Positions 49,810-58,471 of a DNA stretch of 58,687 bases are shown piece after piece. This stretch comes from a virus (Duplodnaviria > Caudoviricetes). Position 1 is the stretch's first letter. Every line of letters begins with the position of its first letter. The position numbers were made by a program, and so were the translations under genes. The notes beneath the pieces are model-generated. The model saw only the letters and a list, made by a program, of their open reading frames with translations. It was not told the DNA's origin and searched no databases. The stretch covers positions 1 through 58,687 of the IMG/VR virus record IMGVR_UViG_3300021957_000041, one strand, 5' to 3'.

Positions 49810-50415
49810 TTAGTTCAACTCACTTGCAGCTCCTACAATATCACCACCATCAAAACCTTGAAACGGACCAAGTGGATTCTTTTCACGTTCACGTTTGTTT
49901 ATATTCTTTTCACCCGAATACAAAACATATTCTACAGTGTCATTTACAATTAATATTAAAACACTAATATTCCACCCAGTTATATGAACATTTTTTCTAA
50001 AATTAAGCATATCTAAAATTAAACTTCCTTCTCTTTGATTTGTAATTCTTTCTAAATTAATTTCATATGCTAATCCGTTTTCGCGTGCAGATAATGTTTT
50101 TAATACACCTTCAGGTAATTCTATATCATTGAAAATTGTATATCTAGATGGACTATCCAACTTAAATTTAGTCATAACATCTAAATAAGTTAGTTTTTTT
50201 ACATTTGGTATTTTTTCTAAATCTAGTCCCATTTTAACTAAATCAGAATATCTTGTTTTACCGATTTTAATTTTATTTACAACATTTTCTACTTGATTAT
50301 ATGTTTCAAATGTGGATTCAGTATAAATTCCTTGCGTTGGTAAAAATGATTGAGTGGCACATCCACCACTAAAAAATAACATTGTTGATAATAATATATT
50401 TACTGACATTTTCAT
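49810..50415 (-). CDS. Putative lipoprotein
   Basis: Signal peptide MKMSVNILLSTMLFFSGG|C with a lipobox-like Cys, and AGGAG RBS. Contains LDMLNFRK...GWN...NPLGPFQG. Confidence 0.75.
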   Translation of the reverse strand: MKMSVNILLSTMLFFSGGCATQSFLPTQGIYTESTFETYNQVENVVNKIKIGKTRYSDLVKMGLDLEKIPNVKKLTYLDVMTKFKLDSPSRYTIFNDIELPEGVLKTLSARENGLAYEINLERITNQREGSLILDMLNFRKNVHITGWNISVLILIVNDTVEYVLYSGEKNINKREREKNPLGPFQGFDGGDIVGAASELN

Positions 50416-50424
50416 ATGAATCTC

Positions 50425-52026
50425 CTATTGTAATAACCAATCTAGGTTTTCTGTTCCACCGTGTGGATTTTTCATTTCGTATGGATTTGTTTTTAATCCA
50501 GACTTTACAAAGTTTTCTCCAACATTTAAATTTGTTGTACTTCCCATGTAATCAAATAATGACTTTTGTGATTGAACGTTTTCTGATCTAAATCTTAATG
50601 CAGTATCACGAACCCACAATGAAATACATAAACTCATAACCAAGTCATCGTTATATCCTTGCATTGCTTCTGCCTTTTGACCATTCCACACAAATGTAAA
50701 TAATTCATCAAGTGTTCGTTCGGATTGTATTTCAACTTCTTTTTCACGAACATAACTTTCCATCTTACTGATAATAAGTGGACGAGTTTTAATCGAGGTT
50801 GTGAAACCAGGTACTTGTTTTTTCTCCATCCGATTTAGTTTATTTGTATGTTGTGAAAACTCATCTATGTACTGATAATCTCTTTGTGTGTAATATAAAT
50901 TGCTATATCCTTTGTCTATAATTTGTTGCAATACTGCCCAACCAATATTTGCGTTTTCTACCACCAACAATGCTCCGTTAAACTCACTTGCTACTGCTAC
51001 TAGCAAATTACCAAAGTCTTTTGTTTCTACTTCACCTTTAAATTCAGCAACCTGCCTTACATTTTCCACATCAAAAACATGAAATGCACTTTTATCACGA
51101 CCATCACCACGTGCAACATCGGCCGCAACCACATAGTCTTTATTATGATTTGGATATTCCCATATCCAATATTCTTTATTTGCACCTCGTTTTTCCACAG
51201 GTTGTTTCATCATTGTGGATTTGTACCACTCAATTAAACTCGCATCTACAACTGAACGACCACTACTGATAAAGTCGCAATCACATTCTTGGGCTGCGTC
51301 TTTTTCACCAAGAACTTTTGTTTGTAAATCTCTCCACTTTTGATCTCTATCAGGATGCAATGACCAATGCAAATTGATTGGATTAAAGTCATTTGATCCG
51401 TCCATAGTACCAACCCAAGTTTTGTGGAAAAAATTACCGATACCATTTGGAGTAGATAATAGAATAGAACGACCACCCGTTGTAATTGTAGATTGCGATG
51501 CAGTCCATATGTCTTCCATGTTTGTAATAAACGCACACTCGTCCACGATAAGTAAACTCAATGATGACGAACGAGAAGCATCTACACTACTTGAAGCTGC
51601 ACGAATATTACTTCCGTTTTTAAAACGCATACTGAGTTTGTTTTTTTCCGTACACTCACTTCGTAACCAACTTGGTAAATGTTCGGACATATGGGTTACT
51701 TTAGTAACAATATTTTTTGCAGTTTCTTGGTTAATAGCAATACACAAAATAGATTTATCTGTAAAAAAGGTCATTAACCACAATGCATATCCAGATACAA
51801 GTGTGGATATACCCATTTGTCTTGCTTTTAATACAATATTAAATTGTTCGTCACGAAAACTTTCTAATGTTTTGGTCTGAAATTCGTATAAAGCAAATGG
51901 AATTGTTCCTAGTGTTGGATGTTGAATCTTGCAATACTTTTTCATAAAGTATGCAGGAGATTTCAAACATTCAGTATATTCTTGCTTTATTATTTCCCTT
52001 AATGGAATTTTTTCATTACCTGCCAT
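50425..52026 (-). CDS. terL: Terminase large subunit (gp17-like)
   Basis: KARQMGIST (Walker A), LLIVDECAF (Walker B), STPNG, AADVARG, VVENANIG and NDDLVMS. Confidence 0.96.
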   Translation of the reverse strand: MAGNEKIPLREIIKQEYTECLKSPAYFMKKYCKIQHPTLGTIPFALYEFQTKTLESFRDEQFNIVLKARQMGISTLVSGYALWLMTFFTDKSILCIAINQETAKNIVTKVTHMSEHLPSWLRSECTEKNKLSMRFKNGSNIRAASSSVDASRSSSLSLLIVDECAFITNMEDIWTASQSTITTGGRSILLSTPNGIGNFFHKTWVGTMDGSNDFNPINLHWSLHPDRDQKWRDLQTKVLGEKDAAQECDCDFISSGRSVVDASLIEWYKSTMMKQPVEKRGANKEYWIWEYPNHNKDYVVAADVARGDGRDKSAFHVFDVENVRQVAEFKGEVETKDFGNLLVAVASEFNGALLVVENANIGWAVLQQIIDKGYSNLYYTQRDYQYIDEFSQHTNKLNRMEKKQVPGFTTSIKTRPLIISKMESYVREKEVEIQSERTLDELFTFVWNGQKAEAMQGYNDDLVMSLCISLWVRDTALRFRSENVQSQKSLFDYMGSTTNLNVGENFVKSGLKTNPYEMKNPHGGTENLDWLLQ

Positions 52027-52067
52027 TAAAGGATAAATATATATTTATTTAGATTTTCTATAATATA

Positions 52068-52096
52068 AAAAGTTTCAAGGTATCGTTGAAACTTTT
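52068..52096 (-). terminator. Probable intrinsic terminator
   Basis: AAAAGTTTCAA-GGTATCG-TTGAAACTTTT inverted repeat. Confidence 0.6.
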
Positions 52097-52721
52097 AAAA
52101 AGTCATGTCAGCATATTCTTGTAGGTTATCTTCAACTTCTTTTAAACGAGTTTCAAGTTCTTCTAAATCCTTTTCCAAATCTCCCATTACTTGATCTTTA
52201 TTTGGGATATTCCATTGTTCAAGTGAACCATCTTCATTTAAAAATTTAGGATCATGTGTAATATATTCTTTTGATTCTACCAACTTTGTTTTGGTGTCCA
52301 ATAAAAAACTAAGTTCGTTTTCAAGCATAGTCTTTTTTTCATATGCTTCATACGTACCGTCTTCTTTTAGTTTTTGCTCAAACTCTTGGACACACTCAAA
52401 GCACATTCCTCGTTTTGCAAGCATTCTTTTATCTAAATATTTAGATGGATCTACGGAGCACATTTCCTTCGGGCAATTAGGTGCTTCTCGTAAACTCTTT
52501 CTAACTTTGTCCATCAAAGTTTCGGTTCTTACTTTTGAATTAGCACCAACTTGCTTCCATTCTTTTCCGTCTTTGTCTGTCCAAACTTCTCCTGGTTGAC
52601 GAATTACCAAGTCTTCAACTTCACCTTCGTAACCATGAACTTTTGGAAGTTCTTCTCCTTGAAATAATTTACGTGAACGTTTAATCACGTACTTCAAATC
52701 ATCTTTATCCATTTTAGCCAT
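52095..52721 (-). CDS. Hypothetical protein with Cys pairs (possible Zn-binding)
   Basis: GEVWTDKDGKEWKQ, CPKEMC and MCFECV. TTGACA-16-TATTAT promoter at 52756-52729. Confidence 0.75.
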   Translation of the reverse strand: MAKMDKDDLKYVIKRSRKLFQGEELPKVHGYEGEVEDLVIRQPGEVWTDKDGKEWKQVGANSKVRTETLMDKVRKSLREAPNCPKEMCSVDPSKYLDKRMLAKRGMCFECVQEFEQKLKEDGTYEAYEKKTMLENELSFLLDTKTKLVESKEYITHDPKFLNEDGSLEQWNIPNKDQVMGDLEKDLEELETRLKEVEDNLQEYADMTF

Positions 52722-52762
52722 ATTATCAATAATACACTTAAAACGTTATTTGTCAATTATTA

Positions 52763-53164
52763 TCAAGATAATTTTTCAAAATCTTTTATACATTCATCTA
52801 AAAAAACATTAACCAAATAATTTAGATATAAATTTCTGTATTTTTCTCGTTGCTGATCACTTAAATCATATTGCATAAATCTTAATTGAGAAGAACAATG
52901 TTCCTCTTTTCTTGATCTACCATGTGCACATTGTATAACTTGCTTTGATGAGCAATACTCTTCGTTATTACTAAATAAATAACCACACACTAATGTTAGA
53001 TTTTTTGCTTCATCTTGTAGTGCGAGTACAAATTCTCTATCTAAATAAGTTACTTGTTGAGGTAAAACTGCACGATGTGATGTACGGAACTTTCTTGCTA
53101 CATTAGATATTTCTCGTTCAACTTCGTTATATTTTAAATAAAACTTTCCATTGAGTTTAATCAT
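52763..53164 (-). CDS. Hypothetical protein (probable start MIKLN)
   Basis: ORF with AAGGT upstream of 53164. Confidence 0.6.
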   Translation of the reverse strand: MIKLNGKFYLKYNEVEREISNVARKFRTSHRAVLPQQVTYLDREFVLALQDEAKNLTLVCGYLFSNNEEYCSSKQVIQCAHGRSRKEEHCSSQLRFMQYDLSDQQREKYRNLYLNYLVNVFLDECIKDFEKLS

Positions 53165-53996
53165 ATTTACCTTTTTTAAAGTCAGCACGATTATATTTCT
53201 TTTTACTTTGCATTGGACGACTTTTAGGTAATGTAGGTTTTCTAACCTTATTATATGCGTCCATTCTTGTCATTAATTTTTGTTTCTTTGATTCAGACAA
53301 TTTTCTAATTTTATGAACAAGCATTTTAATATATTCTTTTTTGCTACCACGTCCTTTAAAATATGAACTTTTATCACTAAGCATTTTAGCAACATCTAAT
53401 ATTGATTTTAAATCTTTTAAATTTTCTTCTTTTTCTTTATCTTCCATTTTTAAAGTCTTATTAACAGGTCCATCTATTTTTGTAAACTCCACATAATAAG
53501 TACCATCTGCATCTTGAATTATTTTACCACCAACTTCTTTTGAGTGTTTTTTTGCATCTTCTTTGTTATCAAATTTTAATGGTTCTATGTTACCATTTTT
53601 ATTTACACCAGATACATTCATTTCACCACCACCTACTTTATGTTTGCTTACACCAAATTGTTCATCTGTTTTTTGTCTCATTTTCTTTAATCTTTCTTTT
53701 TCTTTCGCACGAACTTTTGGTAACATTTTTTTTGCTACTCTTGCAATAATTGCAGGTTTTAATTTATTATCAAGTGTTTGTTTTTGGGTTATGCTTAAAT
53801 CGGAATAAGACTTTCCACCGGTCATCTTTTTTACCAATACATTCTTGGCAGCCTTTTGTGCGGCCTTTTTTAATCGTTCACCCGTCTTTGGTCTTTTTGC
53901 CATTAACTTACGTTTTAGTTGTCGTTTTTTCGCAGTTCTTTTTGCGACTCTTGCCAACTTTCTTCTGGTTGCGATTGAAAGTTTTTTTTCTTCCAT
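53157..53996 (-). CDS. Highly basic hypothetical protein
   Basis: Lys/Arg-rich N-terminal domain (RRKLARVAKRTAKKRQLKRK...AKKMLPKVRAKEKER), possibly a DNA-binding virion protein. Confidence 0.7.
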   Translation of the reverse strand: MEEKKLSIATRRKLARVAKRTAKKRQLKRKLMAKRPKTGERLKKAAQKAAKNVLVKKMTGGKSYSDLSITQKQTLDNKLKPAIIARVAKKMLPKVRAKEKERLKKMRQKTDEQFGVSKHKVGGGEMNVSGVNKNGNIEPLKFDNKEDAKKHSKEVGGKIIQDADGTYYVEFTKIDGPVNKTLKMEDKEKEENLKDLKSILDVAKMLSDKSSYFKGRGSKKEYIKMLVHKIRKLSESKKQKLMTRMDAYNKVRKPTLPKSRPMQSKKKYNRADFKKGKYD

Positions 53997-53998
53997 TG

Positions 53999-56506
53999 CT
54001 AAAACCTCATTATTCCCATAATTTGATTTATAGGAGCAAATGTACCTGTTAGTTTATATGTTCCACCTTTGTATTGAAATACAACACCTTCGGTTGGTGC
54101 AATTGATTTACTTCCACCGATTGCATTTAAACGAGCAAGATTTTTATTTAGTTTCTCCATGTCTTTTTTAAACTTATCAGGTGATTCCACCGAATTTAGT
54201 TTCTTGCCTTCAAGTGTTTTAACATGACTATCAAGTGCTTTTGCTATATCACCACTTCCACCAGCCGCAACGAATCCTTTTACATTCTGAAGAACTTCTG
54301 CACCTAATTTCAAAAAGATAAATTGAAATGGCCACATATTTTCTTCAAATTGTTTTACTAAATCTTCTTTATCAAATTTATTAACCCATGCTTTTAATTT
54401 AGGTTGTTTTTCTAAATCCATACGAATTGTGGTAATTTTATTTGATTTGTCATTATATGCCCAACGACCTATCAATGCTTCAAATACTTTTGGTGGAAAA
54501 ATTTCTTTTGATTTATTTTGTTGTTTATTTAATAAATCTCTCCACCAAGCATCGTGATACTTCATCACTTTATCGTTGTCTTTTAATTTAAATTTCTTTT
54601 TTAGTTTATCAAGCATTGCAGAATATTTTGAAAACGAATCACCAAAACTTTTACTTTTAGGAAGTTCCACCACAATCGGTGCATTTAATGAATATCTTTT
54701 TTGAACATCTGCATTTACTTGCTTTAACATACCTTTAAGCATTCTAGCAGAGTCTTTTAATTCTGCGGTAATATCGTTTCCATCGGAATCTTCACTTACT
54801 GCTTTTCCTGCGGAATCATATGCTTGTGTTCCGTGAAATACCAACATATCTACATTCTGAGGAATAACATTTTGAGTTGCGGGTGTCATTACCTCTATAT
54901 TCATAAAACGTTCACCTTCTTTGAATACTTTGTTTCTTTGCTTCTCACTTAATTTAGATATAGCAGATTCTAAATCAGTAACCGCACCTACGAAAGCATC
55001 ACGAATATTCTCAGGACGATCAGCAAATATACTTTCAAATTCTTTTACATTAGGAGCAGCCGCACCTGCGTTTTTTAAATGTCCTTGATTTCTAGCAGCC
55101 ACCAACTGATCGTCCTTCCAAGAAAACATAAGATTTTGTCCGTCAAGTTTTTCAGTAACTTCTTTCTCAACATTTAATTCACCCGACAACGACCTACGAA
55201 TCATTTCTTTTAAATCAGCAAATGTTAAATCACGGTCATCAAAAGGATGGCTCATATGACCAGCTGCACCTCCTTCTGTCAATAATTCTTCGTTGATAGC
55301 ATGACCTTCTACACCTTTGTCTATTTCTTCACCATCTTCTAATTTGTTAGTATCAATAGTATTACCTGATTTTAAATCTTCGTCACCCTGTTCGTCTTTT
55401 TTACGAACAGATTTTTCAGAACCAAGAAAATCTACAAGTTTATATCCGGCAGTTTCCGCAATTCCATTGATAAATCCAACCCATTGTTGATGTGCAGTTT
55501 TAGATGCTTCAGTATCAATTTGATTCATTGGTGTTTTTGCATCTATATCACCCGCAGGATAAAAACTTACTGCCGGAACTGGTCCTGCGTATTTTCCCCA
55601 CTCACGATAATCTGCGTTACGACCAAGTCCATGTTTTCCTACTACATAATCAAGCAAATCGTATCCCAATTGTTGTGCTCGTTTGTTGGTATATCCTTCG
55701 TATGATTTACCTGGATAAAACATACTAGGTCCATCGTCTACAAACGGAAGACCTTGACTTGCAATTGAACTTACTTCACTTAATAATGTTGGTATATTGT
55801 TTACAAACTTTTTAAAATTTGGATACTCTGTTAAGAATCCTTCAAATATCTCTTCGTTCTCAAATAAGGTTGCAAACTTTTTTGTTAAATAATCGTAAAT
55901 TTTTTCATCGTACCAACCGAACAATTCTTCAAATGCTTTTTTTCTTTGGTCATCGGAATATTTTGGACTTCCAAGTAGTTCACGAATTCGGGTTCCACTT
56001 ACTTCTTTACCCAAAACTTTGATGCTTACATGAGGAGCAACAATAAAATATCCATGCTCTCCATATGGTTTTAAATTGTTTTTATTTTTTTCATACGATT
56101 GATAATAAGCAGGAGAACCATCTGCTTTTGTTGTTTTTAATCTACCCGCATCTTTTTCTCCGAATATATAAATTACAGCAGTTGTGTTGGGATCATATTT
56201 TTTAAGTATTTCGTCACACACATATGGATTTTTTACTTGAACTACATTTTTTACTTTATGCTTTGTCCATATCATTTTCTTTTCTTTGAAACTCAGTGGA
56301 CTTTTAGAGGAATCGGTTTTGTTGCTAGTTGCTACATATGCTTTATCAAATTTACCATCCAACCATTTATAGGTTTTATAGTGATGCACACCGGCGGGTT
56401 GAAATCTACCTGGGTAAATTCCTATTACCTTTCGTATGTTGCTATCTTCGTTTAGTAAATCGTCTACCAAAAACTCAGATAACTTATTTGTGAAATCATC
56501 ACTCAT
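53999..56506 (-). CDS. Fusion of a HIGH-superfamily (cytidyltransferase-like) nucleotidyltransferase and an RNA-ligase-like nucleotidyltransferase domain
   Basis: N-terminal IYPGRFQPAGVHH...SPLSFKEK...GEKD...SGTRIRE. C-terminal GHMSHPFD...TEKLDGQN...ARN...EGVVF...YKLTG (KxDG, EGxV and K motifs). Confidence 0.7.
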   Translation of the reverse strand: MSDDFTNKLSEFLVDDLLNEDSNIRKVIGIYPGRFQPAGVHHYKTYKWLDGKFDKAYVATSNKTDSSKSPLSFKEKKMIWTKHKVKNVVQVKNPYVCDEILKKYDPNTTAVIYIFGEKDAGRLKTTKADGSPAYYQSYEKNKNNLKPYGEHGYFIVAPHVSIKVLGKEVSGTRIRELLGSPKYSDDQRKKAFEELFGWYDEKIYDYLTKKFATLFENEEIFEGFLTEYPNFKKFVNNIPTLLSEVSSIASQGLPFVDDGPSMFYPGKSYEGYTNKRAQQLGYDLLDYVVGKHGLGRNADYREWGKYAGPVPAVSFYPAGDIDAKTPMNQIDTEASKTAHQQWVGFINGIAETAGYKLVDFLGSEKSVRKKDEQGDEDLKSGNTIDTNKLEDGEEIDKGVEGHAINEELLTEGGAAGHMSHPFDDRDLTFADLKEMIRRSLSGELNVEKEVTEKLDGQNLMFSWKDDQLVAARNQGHLKNAGAAAPNVKEFESIFADRPENIRDAFVGAVTDLESAISKLSEKQRNKVFKEGERFMNIEVMTPATQNVIPQNVDMLVFHGTQAYDSAGKAVSEDSDGNDITAELKDSARMLKGMLKQVNADVQKRYSLNAPIVVELPKSKSFGDSFSKYSAMLDKLKKKFKLKDNDKVMKYHDAWWRDLLNKQQNKSKEIFPPKVFEALIGRWAYNDKSNKITTIRMDLEKQPKLKAWVNKFDKEDLVKQFEENMWPFQFIFLKLGAEVLQNVKGFVAAGGSGDIAKALDSHVKTLEGKKLNSVESPDKFKKDMEKLNKNLARLNAIGGSKSIAPTEGVVFQYKGGTYKLTGTFAPINQIMGIMRF

Positions 56507-57033
56507 TTAGATTTTAATAACTCGGTAAGAATACTTCTGATTTGTGTTCTTAATTTTTCTTCAAATACCTTGCCTTGAACGAATCTATTAAATTCTCTTT
56601 TATCCATGCTCGATATATGATCTGCCATTTCATCAAATCCTTTTCTTGATAAAAATGAAATAACCTTATCTTTTGCTTTTAGAATACTTGAATGCAACCC
56701 CGACATAAAATTTACTGCCTTTTTGTATTCTTGACTTGTTATTTTGATTTCGTTTGTTTTTTCCATTTTAGATTCCTCGTATTGGGACATATAAAAATCT
56801 TCATCTGCAGCTGCAGATTGAAAATCTCTGTATGCTTGTTCTGCTTCTGTTCCTACTAAAATTACTTTTCCTTTTGGGAAATAAAGTATTTCATCTCCTT
56901 TTTTAAATTTAACTCCACCTTTTCTAAGTCTTCTCTGAACGGGTAATCTTTGTTCACCAGAAACACCATCATATTTTGACTTCATCCAAAAAGGATCATC
57001 TTTGTATTTTTTATATTCTTTAATTTTACTCAT
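56503..57033 (-). CDS. Hypothetical protein (probable start MSKIKE)
   Basis: ORF with DDPFWM...KKGDEILYFP...RDFQSAAADEDFY and C-terminal EEKLRTQIRSILTE. Confidence 0.65.
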   Translation of the reverse strand: MSKIKEYKKYKDDPFWMKSKYDGVSGEQRLPVQRRLRKGGVKFKKGDEILYFPKGKVILVGTEAEQAYRDFQSAAADEDFYMSQYEESKMEKTNEIKITSQEYKKAVNFMSGLHSSILKAKDKVISFLSRKGFDEMADHISSMDKREFNRFVQGKVFEEKLRTQIRSILTELLKSK

Positions 57034-57034
57034 G

Positions 57035-57385
57035 TCAATCTTCAAAGTATTCAATTACTTTTCCTGTTTTTATGTGTGCTTTGCAGGCTTTTCGTTTTTC
57101 ACGATGTAGATGTGGAACTTTACTAAGGTACTCGTCTGTACAATGAAAGATATATCCATCTACAATAGGTCCCTCTGTTGTGTCTCCTTCACTATAAATT
57201 CCAATAAATTTGTAATCTTCTTTTTCTTTAGTTGATATTTTGTTCGCAAGTGATTTTGCCCAATTTTCGCTTCCTGATTTTTTTGACGAAAAACTATATC
57301 TCGTATGATTGGGTGCTAATTCAAGTTTCCAAGTTTCACCGAGTTTATCTTCAAGAATTAGTTCGTCAAAAAGATTGTCAAACAT
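57035..57385 (-). CDS. Hypothetical protein (116 aa)
   Basis: ORF translationally coupled to its neighbours, with GGAG RBS. Confidence 0.65.
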   Translation of the reverse strand: MFDNLFDELILEDKLGETWKLELAPNHTRYSFSSKKSGSENWAKSLANKISTKEKEDYKFIGIYSEGDTTEGPIVDGYIFHCTDEYLSKVPHLHREKRKACKAHIKTGKVIEYFED

Positions 57386-58428
57386 TATTTTTCTCCCTTA
57401 AATTTTAATGTTCTTATTTTATGAAAATATTTGTTTACTTGATTTCTATCTAATTCCAAACTTTCTACTAACCGTGATAAAACTGCTAAATTTCTTCTTT
57501 CATTTAAATTAAACTTTTTGATTACAAAAATTGAACGAGTTAGATGTCGTTCTAAATCCATAGGTAAAACCACATCTTCCATTTCTACCATGTCAAGTTC
57601 TTCGTTCATACGATTTCGTTTATCTCCACTCTTACTCAGTTTGTCGTGTGCCATCATCATCTTTATCCATTTCTTTCCAATTGGATTTCTAGTTGGTTTA
57701 GAAATAAATCTAGCAACTTCTTTCATTAAACGAGGAACTAACTCTAGTCTACCTGGTTTTGTTTTACTACGAGTATCTTCTGAATTATCTACAATTACAA
57801 AGTTACTTTTAAATAACCCTTGAAATTTACCGAGGTTCTTTTGTACATCTGTCCAAATATCTTTTACTATTTTACGTGGAAGTTTTCTTTTACGAAGTGA
57901 GTTTCTTTGTTGTGCCACATCAAGTGTTGTATTTACAAACACCATATAACAATCGTATCCAAGTTTTTCTAGTTCTTTCTTTTGCTTGGATATTTTATCG
58001 TAATTATCACCAGTTCCATCAACGATTACACCCAAACGACCATCTTTGAATAATTCAAATTGTTTAAGCATAATTTTCTTCGCACGGGAACGAATGCTAT
58101 TAGGATCATCACTTGTTACTTTGCTAAATGTTTCATCATCCATTTTAGATAGATTCAAATCGTATCCTGCTTTTTTAAGTAATATCTCAAACGCAGGGTC
58201 ACTATTAACAATCTTTAGTCCACTTGGTGATAAATTTTTTGCATCAGGTGGAAAGTTAAATAAAGTATCAACAGTTGCAGATTTACCAGAACCAGGACCA
58301 CCTGCTAGAAATACTGCTTTTAAAATACCAGGATCATATACACCCTCAACGAGTGTAAAATATCCTTTACGAAGACCCGCTTTGATAAGGGTTTCTTGAA
58401 CTTCTTGATTTTCTTCGGAATTTTCCAT
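57385..58428 (-). CDS. P-loop kinase (zeta-toxin/AAA_33/PNK-like)
   Basis: KAVFLAGGPGSGKS, IVNSD, VIVDGTG and MVFVNTTLDVAQQRNSLRKR. Confidence 0.8.
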   Translation of the reverse strand: MENSEENQEVQETLIKAGLRKGYFTLVEGVYDPGILKAVFLAGGPGSGKSATVDTLFNFPPDAKNLSPSGLKIVNSDPAFEILLKKAGYDLNLSKMDDETFSKVTSDDPNSIRSRAKKIMLKQFELFKDGRLGVIVDGTGDNYDKISKQKKELEKLGYDCYMVFVNTTLDVAQQRNSLRKRKLPRKIVKDIWTDVQKNLGKFQGLFKSNFVIVDNSEDTRSKTKPGRLELVPRLMKEVARFISKPTRNPIGKKWIKMMMAHDKLSKSGDKRNRMNEELDMVEMEDVVLPMDLERHLTRSIFVIKKFNLNERRNLAVLSRLVESLELDRNQVNKYFHKIRTLKFKGEK

Positions 58429-58471
58429 AAATACACACCAGGTACATAATAAATATATATCTAAATATGTT

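Noticed and set aside
735-52026. Inteins, introns or homing endonucleases in helicase, UvsX, polymerase, capsid, portal or terminase
   Set aside because: The proteins have ordinary lengths and contiguous motifs, and no intein termini, LAGLIDADG, HNH or GIY-YIG motifs were seen.
465-58399. Many plus-strand ORFs of 60-190 aa in the track (e.g. 8780-9235, 17761-18330, 18994-19497, 26766-27296, 42206-42742, 48618-49163, 51374-51880)
   Set aside because: They lie antisense to well-supported minus-strand genes, have the Ser/Phe/Leu-rich composition of shadow frames, and show no recognisable motifs.
57385-58428. Zeta toxin of an epsilon-zeta toxin-antitoxin pair
   Set aside because: Only the generic P-loop kinase fold is supported. 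There is no upstream antitoxin-like ORF, and the context is a late virion-type operon.
632-58471. tRNA or other structured ncRNA genes in intergenic gaps
   Set aside because: Gaps are short (mostly under 200 nt), very AT-rich, and explained by promoters and terminators. No cloverleaf or T-loop pattern was seen by eye; tRNAscan-SE/Infernal would be needed to be certain.
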